DNA from: an uncultured Nitrospinaceae bacterium | GTDB taxonomy: Bacteria > UBA8248 | Assembly (NCBI GenBank): GCA_964456425.1 | Contig: CAYWAX010000001.1 | Span: forward strand, 20,277-68,872 | DNA length: 48,596 nucleotides | Direction: 5' to 3' | Part shown: one piece after another, positions 47,610 to 48,596 of the stretch | Numbering within the stretch: the stretch's first letter is position 1 | How the letters are laid out: every line of letters starts with the position of its first letter | Position numbers and translations under genes: made by a program | The notes under the pieces: generated by a model | Told to the model about the DNA's origin: nothing | Database searches by the model: none | The model's input: the letters and a program-made list of their open reading frames with translations, nothing else

Positions 47610-48386
47610 ATGCAGGACCATAGGGAAACAAACCAGATCCTACATTATTTCAAATTTGCTTTTAATGCTTTTTTTGATAGTTTTAATCAGACTACATTGG
47701 TAGTAGTTTCTATAACTTTACCAATTGCCGTTGTTGCGTATTCTATACAACCAGAGATTGCATCAATCGTTAAGGATAAATCAGATGTTTCATCTTTTTT
47801 AATTTTAAAATGGCTTTTTTCTCAAGCAATATTAAGAGCAGTTTCAATATTTGTTTTTATACTTGTAATACTGAGACTAGAGTTGCAAAGGAAAGGAGAG
47901 GAAACTTTTTGGGATTTCTCGTTAGCTTTTATTAGTTTTAAAAAAGTCATCTTGATTGATTTTGCCTATTATTTTGGATTACAAATTTTCATAGTATTAG
48001 TTCTTGTTTTTATTAATCTCCTTGTAGCAACGTTATTGGGGGTAAGTGGCTTTACATTACTCCTTTCATTTTCCTTAGTGTTCTTTGCAGCAATCATACC
48101 TTTTATACGCTTTTATTTTTGTACTTTTTATGTATTGTTAAAGCAGAGTAATTTCAAGGATTCATTTAAGCAAGCAAAGCTTCTATCAAAAAATTCTGAA
48201 ATTAAAATTTTAAAATTAGTTAGTGGTTACTATATTTGTACTGTTTTCTTGTTATTATTTTTGTCTTCTATTATTGGTTCTTCTTTATTTTCTCAGATTA
48301 TTCTTCATACATTAATTTCGATTCTTTTTGTTCCATATTGTTATGCAGGATATTCTCTTTTCTTTGACTTAGAAGAAAGTAAGTAA
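47610..48386 (+). CDS. Hypothetical polytopic membrane protein
   Basis: About 258 aa from ATG 47610 (AAAGG RBS); the track's TTG at 47577 is the longest alternative. Several long hydrophobic spans. No family recognised. Confidence 0.5.
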   Translation: MQDHRETNQILHYFKFAFNAFFDSFNQTTLVVVSITLPIAVVAYSIQPEIASIVKDKSDVSSFLILKWLFSQAILRAVSIFVFILVILRLELQRKGEETFWDFSLAFISFKKVILIDFAYYFGLQIFIVLVLVFINLLVATLLGVSGFTLLLSFSLVFFAAIIPFIRFYFCTFYVLLKQSNFKDSFKQAKLLSKNSEIKILKLVSGYYICTVFLLLFLSSIIGSSLFSQIILHTLISILFVPYCYAGYSLFFDLEESK

Positions 48387-48393
48387 GAGGTTT

Positions 48394-48596
48394 CTAAAGA
48401 TTAATCTGAAAACGAAGGCCATCGTAAGCCATTTCAATATTATCAGGAAGTGTTCTATTGGTTTCTTCGTACTCAAGTTCATAATTTGTATGAGTAAAAA
48501 AAGTTTTTTCAGGATCTAGATATTTCGAAATCTTAATAGCCTGCTCTACCGTAAGATGAGATGGATGTGGTCTATGGCGAAGAGCATCAATAATTA
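48394..48596 (-). CDS. MBL-fold metallo-hydrolase (PhnP/YycJ-like), C-terminal fragment; 5' end lies beyond the window
   Basis: Not in the ORF track because no start codon is in the window. The open reverse frame reads ..IIDALRHRPHPSHLTVEQAIKISKYLDPEKTFFTHTNYELEYEETNRTLPDNIEMAYDGLRFQINL* (stop at complement 48394-48396). Confidence 0.5.
   Translation of the reverse strand, partial: IIDALRHRPHPSHLTVEQAIKISKYLDPEKTFFTHTNYELEYEETNRTLPDNIEMAYDGLRFQINL

Overview
AT-rich, very tightly packed bacterial chromosome segment; convergent genes abut or overlap and most spacers are under 150 nt. The gene content points to a diderm (kdsD/kpsF-type arabinose-5-P isomerase, mlaEDC) that also carries RNase Y and YmdB. 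Most of the window is syntenic housekeeping: ruvA'-ruvC-yebC; polA; rnr-smpB-ssrA (tmRNA); metH; tRNA-Leu-tig-clpP-clpX; tRNA-Val-thrS-infC-rpmI-rplT-pheS-pheT; zapA-6S RNA-5-formyl-THF cyclo-ligase-rny-ymdB; alaS.

I saw no mobile elements, CRISPR arrays, rRNA or defence-type genes. Two RNA genes are invisible to the ORF track: a 357-nt tmRNA at 11264-11620 and a likely 6S RNA in the zapA/ygfA-like spacer at about 36848-37030.

The most interesting signal is on the minus strand at 14733-15368. Two ORFs that the track reports separately are one reading frame interrupted by a single TGA. That TGA sits exactly at the redox-active position of an iodothyronine-deiodinase-like thioredoxin-fold motif (FGAIT-U-PPY ... 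FFVVYSKEPHA). A SECIS-like hairpin follows it, so I read this as a selenocysteine protein.

This gene lies in the only clearly accessory stretch, 12.8-16.5 kb, minus strand. The stretch also holds an ACMSD-family amidohydrolase, a flavin reductase and a split ComD/ComE-like ThDP decarboxylase whose DNA is visibly more GC-rich than its surroundings.

Other accessory items are a TctBAC tripartite transporter preceded by an internally duplicated unknown protein, a MazG-like/FolE2 pair, an orphan methylmalonyl-CoA mutase catalytic subunit, and mlaEDC without an adjacent ATPase. All family assignments come from motif recognition by eye; no searches were run.
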